Translations under genes and position numbers: made by a program
Source of the DNA: Eledone cirrhosa
Lineage: Eukaryota
DNA: 64,000 nt
Direction of reading: 5' to 3'
Assembly: GCA_964016885.1 (NCBI GenBank)
Contig: OZ024741.1
Location: forward strand, 43,462,001 to 43,526,000
Notes under the pieces: model-generated
Databases searched by the model: none
What the model was told of the DNA's origin: nothing
Seen by the model: only the letters and a program-made list of their open reading frames with translations
In this document: piece after piece, positions 1-12,995 of the stretch
Numbering within the stretch: position 1 is the first letter of the stretch
How the letters are laid out: each line of letters starts with the position of its first letter

Positions 1-23
1 TCTCCAAGTTTTCCACCTTTAAT

Positions 24-3012
24 TTACAGACACATACTCAGAGTAGACCCATTCACTCGGGCCATTCTTGCCTCTCTCACCCATCTTTCAACAAAATGCT
101 GGGAAGAGAGCACTTCCCTTTCTACCCTGATTTTCCTTTTCAAATGAAATTTGAAAAAGTTAATCAGGGCATCACCGAAGAGGTAAGTGCTCGTATTCAG
201 CTCTTTCAAATGTGTCCACCGTACTATCTCTTTTGCCATGGCCACCATACAGATAAAAACTGCCTGCTCTTCCCGGCTAAAGGAAGAGGGCGGGGCAATC
301 CTCCCGATGGACTCAGCTGATAGCTGGATCCGTCCTACACGCGACAGCAGGTGTTCGACATAAACCCACAAGTCAGCAATGCTCAGACACTGGACGAGTG
401 CTTGCAGGACGGTTTCGTCGCCCTGCTCGCATCTGGGACATACCCAGCTGACGGCACCTCCATACCTGTAGAGTTTATCCCGAACTGGCAAAGCTCCTCG
501 GTAGCCAGGCCAGGGATTTCTGGAAGTTGTCCATAGGCCTGGCCCGAAAGTTCTTCCGAAGAGATTGGCTGATTGATCTTCGTCGCCGCCTAGAATTTCA
601 CCAAGTACGTCGTCGCTCTTCAGCTCCACTAATCCTCTATATAACGCCAAGGTGGAGTTTCCACTGATCACATTGCCCAATTGGTCGAGGGCTGTGAGCA
701 CCTGAAGACATTCCAATCTCCAGGCGCTCCCTCTCGGTTTCGCTTGACCCAGGACTGCAGCTCCGTCAAGGAAACGAGCTGGGGAAAAACGCGTCTAGCA
801 AACGGCGACCACACCTGATCACCGTCGAGGAAGAGGTGGAGATGTCGTAGCCTGAGCACGTGTCTGCGCATCATCAGCCACGGAATGCCCAGCCCTCCAC
901 GTAGCGGGTGTTGACAGCAGATGCACCGCCTGACCATCGGAGCGCGTCCCTTCCCAAAAAAGCGAAAGAGCAAACGATTCAGCGCAGACAGGCGGGGATT
1001 AGGACAAGGTACGACGGTCAGGCGGTATTAGATGACGGACGCGATATACGCGTTAGCCACCTCCGCTCGACCTTTCAGGGATAGCTTCCTCTCGGCCCAT
1101 TTCTGGGTGAGAGAGGCCACCCTGCTCGTCACCTCTTCCCCGTTATTGTCCGCCTGGAGTTCCGGACCGAACCAGACCCCGAGCAATTTAACTGGTCCGT
1201 CCGTCCAGCGCCTGACGTCGCTGTTGGACGGCATGCACCTGCCTCTTCAGGTGCCGAGGTGCAGGCCGACTGACTTTTCCTGGTTAATCATTGCTCATGT
1301 CACCGCTTCGTATTCTCTTTGTGTAGTGCCGATCGCCTCGATGTGTTTGGCGTTCGACACCACTACGGTGACATCGTCCGCATATGCTGACACGGACCTT
1401 CCGCATCCTAGTTTGCGCGGGACCCCCCTCAACGTCTCCAGTTCGTGCAGTAATGGCTCGAGAGTCAATACGTACAAGAGGGACGAGAGGGGACATCCTT
1501 GGCGGACCGAGCACATGATGTTGAACGGTTCCGAAAGGTGACCGTTCACTCTCACCACAGAGCAGATGCGCCGTGCATGGCAGCGATCCTTGCCTCTGAA
1601 GACGGGCCCAAAGCCAGCCGCCCTCAGGACTGCTGCTAGTTAACGATGGTCGACCCTATCGAAAGCTTTCAACTGATCTTAATTGATCAAGGACCTACCC
1701 GTGCCAGGTTCCCTAGCTACCCTCTCTACGATGTATCGCATGAGGTGGAGGTTGTCGTGGATGGATCTGTCGGGAATGGCGAATGTCTGTGCCTCTCCCA
1801 CCAGACCACCAACGACAAGCGCCAACTTCTTAGCTAGCACCTTGGCCAAACTCTTGAACTCTGTGTTTAGCAGAGTTATGGGCCTGAAATTATCTATGTT
1901 ATCCCCCTTGTTCGCCAAAGCTCCTCGGCTTACAGATCTGGGAATTCTCCCGTTCTGTTGCCAGTTGCAATAGACGTCCGCCAAGAGACCTCCGAACAAG
2001 TCTGGCATCTGTACGTAAAGTTCATACGGCAGACCATCCAAACCAGGCAATTTACCCCTGTGCAGTTAGTCATTGCTTCCCGTACTTAAGCGGCTGTTAT
2101 CGGCTTTTCGCAACACTCCGCCTCAGTGGCCGAGAGCCGCGGCAGTCCGTCGAGGTAGACACTAAAGTCCATCCTTCGATACGGCCCGCCGCTGCTCCCG
2201 ACCAGCTGTGCGAAGTGTCGCTGGAAAGCTTCATACATTTTCCCGGGATCGTGTAGCATGCGCCCGTCGTGGTCCAACAAAGACCGGATCGTGGCTTTGT
2301 TGCCACGACGCGCCTCAGCCACTCGGGCCCATTGAACGGCTTTCGTCCCCTCGTGTCTGAGAGCACGCACCCTTGCTCTGACAACGCAGCCTTCTGCTTT
2401 CTATTGAAGAATTGATCATAGGCCAATTTCGCCGCAAGTACGTCGGTTGCGATGCCTTTGCTAAGCGCCACGTCTAATTTTCTAACTAATTCTCCCTCTG
2501 CTCTATTTTTCTCCATTGCTAAAGCCTTACTAAACCTAATGGACTCTATTCTAATTGCTCTTTTCAGAGCAAACCACCACTCAATGCCCGTTTAACTAGT
2601 TCACTAAAGAGTGGGACGTTCCAAGAAAGGTCTCCAGACGCCGGAAGAAATCCGGCCGCCCTGCCCCTGTCGGGGTATAGACGGCCTCTAGCCTGAAAGC
2701 TTGCCCGTCTCCGCTGGTCACATCTATCACCACCAAATGTCCTTCTTGTTCCAGGAAGATGGCCCGTATGGCGAGATCCAAACCTCTCCGAAAAAGCACA
2801 GCAACTCCTCCCCCCGATCCCGGACGCCTGGGAGATGCGTACACATCGTAGCCGCCGAAGATCGGTGCGAAGGCCCGTGCTTCGGAGATTCTGGTCTCGC
2901 TGATGGCCACTACATCTATGTTTAGTGACCTGAGGTCGTTGAGCAGGTGGCCCTGCTTCCATGACGACCCCAAGCCAAGCGCATTTATGCTGCCTATTCT
3001 GAGTGAGGTCAT
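24..3012 (-). pseudogene. Tx1 ORF2 (APE endonuclease-RT-zinc finger), frameshifted, with an internal deletion near 2600
   Basis: ORF pieces 2596-3012, 2086-2516, 1679-2050, 1295-1558, 1028-1234, 668-973 and 24-716 are collinear with the intact ORF2 at 30562-33981. Confidence 0.92.
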
Positions 3013-3046
3013 GTTGAAATGGAGTGGAAAAGATGGGAAAAACCAC

Positions 3047-4712
3047 TTATCTTACTTCTCGTAGAGGAAGGATGGTTTGTCCATTCTTTTCACTGCTTGT
3101 GGCCTTCTCCGGAAGGATGTCCTTATAAATCCTCCTGGAGAGTGTTTTTCGGAAGACTCCGATGTCTTTGGGGAATTTTCGTTTTAATGTCGTGTACGAT
3201 TTCTGTGTGATGCGAGTGATTTGTATGTGTGGAGATGGTGTGAACTTTTGGGTTGTTGTGTAGTCTTTTTCTGTGATGCTGGTGTTGTGTTGGATGTAGT
3301 GTAATAATTGGTTGTTGTTCAAATTTAATGCTGTGTAGTGTGTATCGTTTTGTTTTTTTTTTGTTCTGTTGGCGTTTGTTGTGGGTTCGTTTCTGTTACG
3401 CTTTTTGGTGACTTTTGTGGTGTTGTTGATGGTGGTGTTGCGATTAATGATGGTGATGGTGTTGGTTTTTGTGGCGATGGGGTTGGTGATGCTGGTGTGG
3501 ATGGTGGCATATCTGTCCTAACTATTTTGTTTGATAATGTATTTGTTTCCCTCTGTATTTTATTTTTGGAGGAGGAAGGAAGAGAATTTTTTCTTTTTTG
3601 ATTTCTTTTTTTCTTTTTTCCTGATACCGTTTCCCACTCCTCGTCGTCACAATCTGTCTCCAGTTGCGATAAGCCGGGGAGTGGAAAATCCTCCACAGGC
3701 GTTGGTTTTGGTTGTGGCGTGGTGGATGGTGTAGGCGCTGGTGCTAGTTCTGGCGCGTTGGGTGGTGGTGGTGGTGGTTTTGATACTGTTTCTGGGGTTG
3801 TTGCTGTTACAGTTGCTTCTGTTGTTGCTGCTACAGTTGTTGCTGCGATTTCTGCTGCTGGTGGTGCTGATGGTTGAGTCACTGGTGTGGGTAAGAGAGG
3901 TGGCCTCAACCTTTTAGCCTGAGGGCAGAAAGCCCTTAGGTGGGTTCCTTCACCACAAACGACACACCAAGGTCTTCTGCCCTCGACGATTACGGTGAGG
4001 TGGCTGCCGTCAGTGAGGTCTATTACCTCTGGGATCTCCCCATTGCTTTTATGGTCCGCTTGGATCAGGAGCTCCATCCCAGATCAGGACCAGTTCTCCT
4101 GCTTTTCTTTCGCTATTTCAATTATCTTGGTGTTGGCCTCGATGACGGCGAGGACGGCAGCCATTAGCCAGGAAATGTCGATGGCCGGTGGAACGTGGGT
4201 CAACCTGATCTTCACAAGTCTCTGGCCACAATAGCTTGGGACGAGTGTGAAGTCGTCACTTCTTAATGGGGCCATGGAGTGTTCTCTGGCCTCCTGGCAA
4301 AACTCAAGGTAGTTTTCTTAATTTCATTGTTGCTGTTGTTGTTATCGTTATTTTTGCCATTGTTAATTTTAGTTTCAGTTGTGGTGGTGGGTGTGTCAGT
4401 TGTGTTCGGTGTGGAAGAGTTCATTTTGGTTGAATTCATTTCGATATCACGAGATAATTTATTTTTTTGTTTTGTTTCTGTTGTCGCTGTGGTGGTGGTG
4501 GTGGGGGTGGGGGTGGTCGCGGTGGTGGTGGAGGTGGCGGCTTTAACACCTGCAGTCATTGGTAATGGCGGGAAATGAACGTCTGCCTGAGACAAATTTA
4601 AAATATTGCAACTGCTTACATTTTCAGTGTTGGCAAACCTAGCAATATTTACAATGGTGGTGTCAGTGTGAGGTATTAGATTGTGAGGAAGGAGTGACTC
4701 TGAGACATCCAT
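3047..4712 (-). pseudogene. Tx1 ORF1 (gag-like, single zinc knuckle, Pro/Thr-rich), disrupted
   Basis: Pieces 4263-4712, 4084-4275, 3325-4077 and 3047-3322 are homologous to ORF1 at 35876-37857. A deletion near 4290 joins SFAR to PEEARE-coding sequence. Confidence 0.88.
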
Positions 4713-4928
4713 GATTTTTCAAAGAAAAATTTTTGTTTGATAATTATAAAAAGTTTAAATTTTGGGGCTCAAGGCCCCAATATTTTTGAGTGTCGTTTTC
4801 AGAAACCAATGTATGTGGACTTATATACAGTTAACAATACAAATTTTCCATAAATTGCAATTTCAAACAAGTGAAAATAACAAACCTTTGCGGAGCTCAC
4901 GATGATACGATTTACTACGTAGGTCGCC

Positions 4929-4992
<64 letters not shown>
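4929..4992. repeat. (TAA)n microsatellite at the Tx1 5' junction
   Basis: Direct reading of the sequence. Confidence 0.97.
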
Positions 4993-4994
<2 letters not shown>

Positions 4995-5832
4995 GAAGAA
5001 GAAAACGCACATGGTGGATATATATCGTTATGGAATCGCTACCGTAAGTTTTTGATTTTTACTTATTTAAAACAACTGTGATAGAATAATTCTTATTACA
5101 AATGAAGTATAAGATTACATTGTTAACGCTCAGCAAGCCATAACGCATCACTTTACGCCATAGGGCCCCAATATTTAATATTTAATTTTGGATCAGAAAT
5201 GTTATAGTCGAAAAAGAGAAAATGGCTAAGTGGACAGACAGGCAAATAATTTCACCAGCAACACCACCACCGCCACCATCACCACTACCACGCCAAAAAT
5301 TCTAGTCAAGTTACCTCAACATCTATTTCTACTTCAACTTCAACACCATCACTACAGTACTACGATCACATCACCACCACCACTGCCTCATTATCGCTAC
5401 CGCCACTATTCTCTCCCACTACCTAAGTACTACTAGCACAGAACCACCACCACCACCACCACTGCCCCATTAGCACTACCGCCGCTATTCTCTCCCACTA
5501 CCTCCAGCTAAGACATGCATCGTAGTGTCCCCACTAAAAGAGGAAGGCATCAAAAGATATAAATAGTCTGATTTGATGACCCGGTCAAAAAATCAAAAAA
5601 CCCCAAAATCAAAATCAAAACTAGCACAGCAACAACGAAAAACGTAAAGAAAAGAAAAATGCAAAGAAAAACAAACAGACAGACAGAGAAGGAAAGGGAA
5701 AAAAAAACCTAAGTCAGACATTCAAACATTACATTACAATGAAACTTATGCTTATTCTTTTTTTTTTTACTTATTTGTTTCTTTGTTTATTTATGTTCGT
5801 CTACAGCGTGATAGTGCCACACTAAAATCAAC

Positions 5833-8800
5833 GGGGATGATGAAATCACCGGAGGTGAATTAAATCACCGGTGGTTATGTAACCATACATTCACCAATCC
5901 TCGATAAGAATGTTTAAATGTCGAACCTAAACAGTTCGAATAACGGTGAAGTGGAGACTGGATATGTCATGTGACAGACTCTCACCCAACAGGTGCTCCC
6001 TGGCTCAGCAGCATGGACATGGCTGTCAACCAAATACTGCTGGTGTCGGAGGAAGAAGAAGAAGGAAAGGGACCAGAACCAACTGGACGAAATAATTGAA
6101 TAGAACTGTTATGCAATGTTACCTGAAGAGTAACCCCAAGGAGAAAGGCTATAGGAAACGGATGCATAACATCTGGAACGGGATTGGTCTATTTAAATTA
6201 GATGAACAAAAATTGGCCGAGCAGGCTCGGATAATAAGAACTAATGGGTGGATAAGCGAGCTGGAACTGGAGGAACTGAGCAGAGAGATTAGGTTGGAAA
6301 TGGAGAGTGGAGTATGCCAGGCAAACGAGTCAGTGGGAAATGAAGGTGAAGAGGTTGAGACAACGGAGGAACCATCCGAAGCAGACAATGATCTGAATGC
6401 TGAAATAATTAATACCTGGAACAAAGATACGGCCATTGAGGAGATGAATGCTGACGGGCTAGAACAAGATTTGGTTGATATCCTAAACTTAGTGGTAGAT
6501 GAATTGAACAATGATAGTGGGAAACCTATGAACCTAAGATTTGTAGACAGGAAAAAGTTAAAAGAAACAACAGCTAAGGTAAACAAAGTCATCCCATACC
6601 TTGAGGCGAGGAGCCTTCACCAGTGCAACAGTATCCTCAAAGCAACAGCAAATGCGGTGAGGAAATTACTTGGCATAAAATTGAGAGGAAACAACAGACA
6701 AGAAAGATCAGAACCTTGGTGGAAGAAACGACTGAATGGTCAAATCAGGGAAATGAGAAATGACATTGGAAAGCTTGAGTCCCTACTGAATGGGACACTA
6801 AAAAACATAGACACTAAAAATAGACTGGAAATAAAGTACAAAACTAGGAGGATAAAGCTAAATATTATCATAGAGGAACTGAAGCAACGCATTGTAGCAA
6901 AGAGTGCAAAAATTAGGCGATACGAGAGCAGAGTCAGTCAGTATAGACAGAACCGCATGTTTGACAACAGCCAGACGATGTTGTTTGGACAGCTTGAAGG
7001 GAAAGAAACAGGCAACGACTTGATCCCTGAGGCGGAACAAACTAAAACATTCTGGAGAGGAATATGGGTGCAGGATGTTAAACATAATGACCAGGCAGTG
7101 TGGATTGAGACAGTACAAAAGGAGATTAGTGAACAGGCACACCAACAAACTGATTTGAGTATCACAGTTGAAACTCTTAAGGGGCAGGCCAAAAAACTAA
7201 CCAACTGGAAATCACCAGGCCCAGATGGTGTGGAGGGGTATTGGATTAAAAATATAACATCCCTCCACCCGAAACTGACAACCATGTTCAATGACTGCTT
7301 GACGTCAGGTGAGCTACCAGAGTGGTTGAGAAAAGGTACCACAGTTCTAGTAATGAAAGACCGAATCAAGGGTAATGATGTTACCAACTATAGACCTATC
7401 ACATAGCTGTCCGTAATATGGAAACTGTTGACAAGCATTATGTCTGAGGAAATCTACCATCACCTCCACACAAACAACTTGTTACCGGACGAACAGAAAG
7501 GATGCCGAAAGAAGTCCCATGGTACAAAGGACCAGTTACTTATTGATAAGATGGTAATGAGGAATTGCAAGAGGAGACACACTGGTCTTGCCATGGGGTG
7601 GATAGACTACAAAAAGGCATTTGACATGGTGCCTCATTCTTGGTTCACCAAAAGCCTAGAGATCTTCAAGGTGGCAGATAACATTAGAGAGTTGTTGGGC
7701 AAAATTATGAAGTCCTGGAAAACAGAGTTAACATCAGCTGGAGAATCCTTGGGAGACGTGAAGATCAAGAGAGGTATCTTCCAGGGAGATAGTCTGTCCC
7801 CTCTGTTGTTTGTCCTTACCCTGATGCCTCTGAGCATTATACTGCGAAGAGTGAGAGCAGGATTAAAGTCGGGAAAGGGAGAGCTTACCATCAATCACCT
7901 CCTCTTCATGTACGATCTTAATCTCTTCGGGAAGAGAGAGAAGGAGTTGGATGTGCTTGTTGACACTGTCCGTATTTTCAGCAATGATATATGTATGCAA
8001 TTTGGTATTAGTAACTGTGGAGTCCTTGTGATGAAGTGGGTTAAATTGAGCGGAAGCAACGGAATCCAGGTACCAACAGGTGAGATGATAAAGGAAATTA
8101 ACACTGAAGAAGGGTTCAAGTATTTGGGTGTTCTGCAGGCTGATGACATCAAGAACAAAAAAATGAAGGAATTGATAAGATCTGAATACATTCGGTGAGT
8201 AAGGAGCGTATTAAAGTCACATCTGAACAGTAGGAATGCCATAAGTGCAGTAAATTCCCTAGCTGTGTCTATTATTAGGTACAGTGCGGGAATTCTGAGA
8301 TGGAATGTTGCTGAACAAAAAGAAATGGATAGGAAGACTAGGAAGCTTTTGTCTATCTACAACATGTTCCACAAGCGGAGTGATGTCAATAGACTCTACT
8401 TAAGGCGATCTGAAGGTGGAAGAGGTCTTATCAGCATAGAGGACTGTGTTCAGATGGAGAAAAACAACCTACACAAATACGTGGAGCCAATGCTCAGAAT
8501 TGTACTGAAGGAGAGGACAATAGACCAGGGGATGTCCAAGGAGGAAATAACAACAAGGAGAAAGAACAGCCTTCATGAAAAATCTCTTCATAGTACCTTC
8601 TTTGAGAAAACTGAATTCAGAGATCCACAGACATGGAACTGGTTGAAAAGAGGAGACCTTAAAAAGGCTACAGAAGGAATGTTAATGGCTGCGCAAGAGC
8701 AGGCCCTCAAAACGAAGTGTTTGAAACGCCATATTTACAAGGAGGAGGCTAGCCCACTGTGCAGGATCTGTGGAGAGAGAGAGGAGACTGTGGCTCACAT

Positions 8801-9445
8801 TGCATCCGAGTGTAAACACCTAGCCCAGACTCACTATAAGGGCTGGAGACATGATGTGATGGGCAAGGTTATCCACTGGTACCTATGCAAAGTAAACAAT
8901 TTAACACATTCTGAGAAGTGGTATGAGCATAAGCCAGAGTCGGTGATAGAAAACGACCAGGTGAAGGTGCTGTCGTATTTAGGATACAGACGGACAAGAA
9001 ACTGGAACACAATAGACCTGACCTGGTGGTTTTGGACAAAGAAAAAAGATCGTGTCTGATTGTGGATATGGATGCCCATTCGACACGAGAGTGCAAGAGA
9101 ATGAGAGGGAGAAAATTAACCGATACCAGGACTTAAAGTGGGAGGTAAAAAGGATTTGGAACTGCCATGATGTCAAAGTGGTCCCGATTGTCATAGGCGC
9201 ACTAGGTACTATCTCAAAAAGTTTCCAGGGATGGTTAAAGAAAATTGGCCCCTTCACGCTTTTTGGAACGCTTCAAAAGGCATGCTTGCTGGGAACAGCA
9301 AGAACCCTCCGATACGTCCTGAATATCTGAGGCTGCAGGTAGTGGCTTGATATTCATTTCAACAAACTTTCCAGATAACTAACATCAATGACTGAGACTC
9401 AAAGAGTAATAACAACAATAATAATAATAATAATAAAAAAAATAA
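5833..9445 (+). mobile_element. R4/Dong-like non-LTR retrotransposon (single ORF: RT + CCHC + restriction-like endonuclease), near full length, degenerate, with (TAA)n tail
   Basis: Motifs: N-terminal [49 protein letters not shown](D/Y)DL, CRIC..ETVAHI..C, RHD, PD..D....D...E..K..Y and VVPIVIGALG. Ends in TAA repeats. The 5' boundary is approximate. Confidence 0.88.
5918..9330 (+). pseudogene. RT-RLE polyprotein of the Dong-like element with in-frame stops and frameshifts
   Basis: ORF pieces 6096-7406, 7428-8198, 8265-9059 and 9052-9330 are separated by stops or shifts. Confidence 0.88.
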
Positions 9446-10760
9446 TACACAGATTAAAGTAAACATTTGAAAAGAATACAGAAGAATTAGGTTAATACTC
9501 AAAACTGAACTAAATGCAAATAATAAGGTGATTGGTATTTATACTTTAGCAGTTCCAGTAATGAGCTACAGCTTTAACATTTTGAACTGGACACTAAAAG
9601 AACTACCTGGAATAGATTCAAAAAAGAAGAAAAATAATGACTTCATTTAGAATACACCATCCACAATCAGACGGAGAATTATTATACCTACCAAGAACGC
9701 AAGCAGAAAGGGGCGTTATGCAACTAGAAAACTCTTATAGAATAACTAATGTATGACAACAAAAATACCTAATAAAAAACAAAGGAAAGCTAATGCATAT
9801 AGCCATGAAACATGAAAAAAAGAAAAATCTGTTCTCCGTCTTTAAGTAAGCCAAACATTTCAAATCGAAAACTGGACTAAGATAATTTTGAGGAAAATGA
9901 AACCAAAGAAAAAAACAACAATATAAATTGTGAAAGACATAAACATCCAGAATTTCATGTTAAAACGATGGCAAGAGAAATCCTTACATGGCCAATACAC
10001 AAAAAGCTAAATAGAAAGGAGGTAGAAAAAGAAAACAAACAAAAGTGGCTCCGAAGCACCGGACTAAAGGCTGAGACGGAAGGATTTCTAATTGCAGCGC
10101 AGGACCAGAGTCTACCTACCAGAAACTACCAAAAGTACATAATGAAAGAAAGCACTATCAGTAACTGTAGAGTATGTGGAAATTTGGAAGAAACATCATC
10201 CACATAGTCTCTGGATGCCAAGCACTAGCCAAAAAAGAATATATTCACAGGCATGATAGAGTTGTGACCTTCATACATTGGAAATTATGCCAGCATTATG
10301 AAATACGAACAGAAAATGGATGGTACAAACGCACATCAGAAAATGTGTCAGAGAATGACAAAGCAAACATTCTCTGGGATATGCCAATACATACACATCA
10401 AATATTATAGTCAAAGACCACAAAGACAAAGATGCCTTCCAAAAGATGTATCAATATATCTTCCAAGGAAACAGAGAAACTTTCCTCATATAAATTCTAG
10501 AGATAGAAATAACTCGAATGTGGAGAATGAAAACATAAACAATACCTATAATAATAGGTGCTCTAGAAATGATAAAAAAACACACAGACAAATAATAGCC
10601 CATACCCCAAACGTACAAATATATACAGCATGCAAAAGATAGTACTACTAGGCACGGCACACAGATTGCGAAAAGTACTATCAATACAATAGAAACGACA
10701 CCGCGGGCGCAGAGAGCTGTGCTCGGTAAAGCAGTAAAGATGTATAATAAAAATAATAAT
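9446..10760 (+). mobile_element. 5'-truncated, degenerate RLE-type (R4-like) LINE of a second family
   Basis: Translates to ILKTELNANNK..LAVPVMSYSF, LKAETEGFLIAAQDQSLPTRNY, CRVC...IIHIVSGC, RHD and ILWD. It starts just after a (TAA)n tail and ends in TAA-like repeats. Confidence 0.8.
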
Positions 10761-10789
10761 GGAAATTATACAAAACACCAGTTGGTGTC

Positions 10790-11722
10790 CGAGAAGGACA
10801 AAGAGGAAGAGGAAGAGCAACCTTCATGAACAAACCCTTCATAGCACCTTCATAGAACCCTCATAACACATTTTTTAATAAAACGGAATTCAGAGATCCA
10901 CAGTGATGGAGCTGGTTAAAAAGAGGAGACCTTGCGAAGGCTACAGAGGGAATGCTACTGGGTGCACCGGAGCAAGCCCTCAGATCGAAGTGGGTGAAAC
11001 AACATATGTATAAGGAGGTGGCTATCCCACTCTGTAGGATCTGAGAAGAGATAAAGAGAGATAGGAAGAGAGAGAGAGAGATAGGAAGAGAGAGAGAGAG
11101 ATAGATAGATAGATAAATAGAGAGAGAAAGAGAGGGAGAGAGAGAGAGAGAAAAAAAAGAAAACTCTGGCTCACATCGTATCCGTGTGTAAACACCTAGT
11201 TCAGACTCACTATACAGGTTGGAAGCACGATATAATAAGAAAGGTGATTCACTGGCATTTATGCAATCTAAATAATTTAACAGATTCTGAAAAGTGGTAT
11301 GAGCGCAAATCAAAGTCGGTGATAGGAAAGGAAGGTGCTATGGAATGTGAGGATACATACGGACAATAAATTAGAACACAATAGGCCTGACCTGGTGGTT
11401 TTTGAGAAGAAAAAGACCATGTCTGATTGTAGATGTAACCTGACACTTTGACACAACAGTGCGAGAAAAAGAGAAGGAGAAAATCAACCGACACCTGGTT
11501 TTAAAGTTGGATATAAAAAGCATTTGGGAATGTCATAAGATGATGGTCGTTCCGATTGTCATAGGAGCACAAGGATCGTTAAAGTATATTAGTCCAGCCC
11601 CCTTTTTGGGAACACTTCAAAGGGCATGCTTGCTGGGAACAGCAAGAACCCTCCGACATGTCCTGAAAAATTACGGCTGTAGGTAGTGACTTGATCTTCA
11701 TTTTAACAAACTTTCCAGTTAA
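10790..11722 (+). mobile_element. Older 3' fragment of the Dong-like family, interrupted by a (GA)n/(GATA)n expansion
   Basis: Contains WLKRGDLAKATEGML, CKHLVQTHYTGWKHD and VVPIVIGA..GTLQRACLLGTARTLRHVL. The 3'UTR matches 9330-9380. Confidence 0.85.
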
Positions 11723-12171
11723 ATTCAAAACCCAAAATTATAAGAATATAATAATCCACCAATCAACAACATATTATTTTCATTGTCGTTTTCGCATGTC
11801 CAAGTTTCTTTTTTGTAAATTTTGTTGTTTTTATTGTTTGTACAAATGAATGCTGAAAGAAAATGCTGTATTGTGAGTTTGTATGAAGAAATCGCCTCCA
11901 CCACAAAGCTTGACTGCATTTTAAGAATTGTATAATGTCGTCTTTGAAATGAGAATCGAGAAAGTGAGAAAATGAGATTTGGTAAAGTGACACATATTGC
12001 AATCGCGAATTTACGTATTATACACAAAAGTGCAAAATTTGTGAAGCAGATGGAAAACCTGGTCTTCGGTAATTGCAGTCGTATACATCATTCTACAGCT
12101 GGCCTGTATACTCACTAAACAATTCATTATACCAACTTATAACAGAACAAACTGAGGACACATGAGGCATA

Positions 12172-12995
12172 CATCATCATCATCATCATCATCACCGTTA
12201 TACGTCCGTTCTTCCACACTAGCATGGGTTAGACGGGTTGTCCTGTTGTGTGCAGTGTCTGGTCGGCTGACCATGCCTTGCTCATACAGGAACTGATCTG
12301 GCTTGATTTCTACAGCTGGATGCCCTTCCTAACACCAACCTCATTTAGAGTGAGTGCTGGGTGCTTTTTCGTGGCGCCTACAAGTCCACTTTACAGTGTG
12401 GGCTGGGTGCTTTTTTGCCATGGCACCTCCACGACCACCTTGCGGTGGGGGGTGTGGGGGCTTATTGTTTATATGCTTCAGCATGTACCCATGGGAGGTC
12501 GGGTACTCTGTATTACTGCGTGACGCCAGAAGTCATGGTCGTGTGTCATTGTCTTTGAGAGGTGTAATTGGGTAAGGTCGGCTTTTATCACCTCATCCCA
12601 GGTCATCTTGGGTCTCCCCACTCCGTGGTTTCCATCAACTTCTAGTGCTCTGCACCTTTTTATGCAGCTGTCATCCTTCATACGCATCACATGTCCATAC
12701 CAGCGCAACCGCCTCTCCTGCACACAGCATTTGATTCCTCTTATGCTCAGTCTCTCTCTCAATTCATTTATGCTTTGTCGTTCACGTATATTACTGTTAC
12801 ACATCCATCGGAGCATGCAGGCTTCGTTTCTCTCTAATCTACGTAAGTCTTCCACCTTCAGCGCCCAGGTCTCACTACCATGCAACATCGCTGTTCGGAT
12901 ACACGCATCATACAGTCTGCCTTTCATTCTGAGGGAGAAGCCTATTGCAGCTAGCAGTGGTAGTAGTTCCCTAAACTTCTTCCATCCCGTTCTTA
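12172..12995 (-). mobile_element. RTE-clade LINE 3' fragment with (GAT)n tail
   Basis: ORF 12478-13059 reads KGRLYDACIRTAMLHGSETW..MLRWM..RRLRWYGHVMR..GRPKMTW. The (CAT)n run at 12172-12195 is the tail on the minus strand. Confidence 0.85.

Larger units (their letters stand above)
1..4928 (-). mobile_element. L1/Tx1-type non-LTR retrotransposon, family A copy 1, degenerate (3'UTR runs off the window)
   Basis: ORF1 fragments include the CCHC knuckle CVVCGEGTHLRAFC. ORF2 fragments include the APE start MTSLRIGSINA, RT QGCPLS/YADD and C-terminal CPRC..ETV. The 5' end GGCGACCTACGTAG matches the copy at 35666 and abuts (TAA)n. Confidence 0.93.

Noticed and set aside
5520-5830. Two TAGTG-n-CACTAAAA mini-hairpins as Helitron/Helentron ends
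   Set aside because: Too short, with no supporting terminal structure identified.
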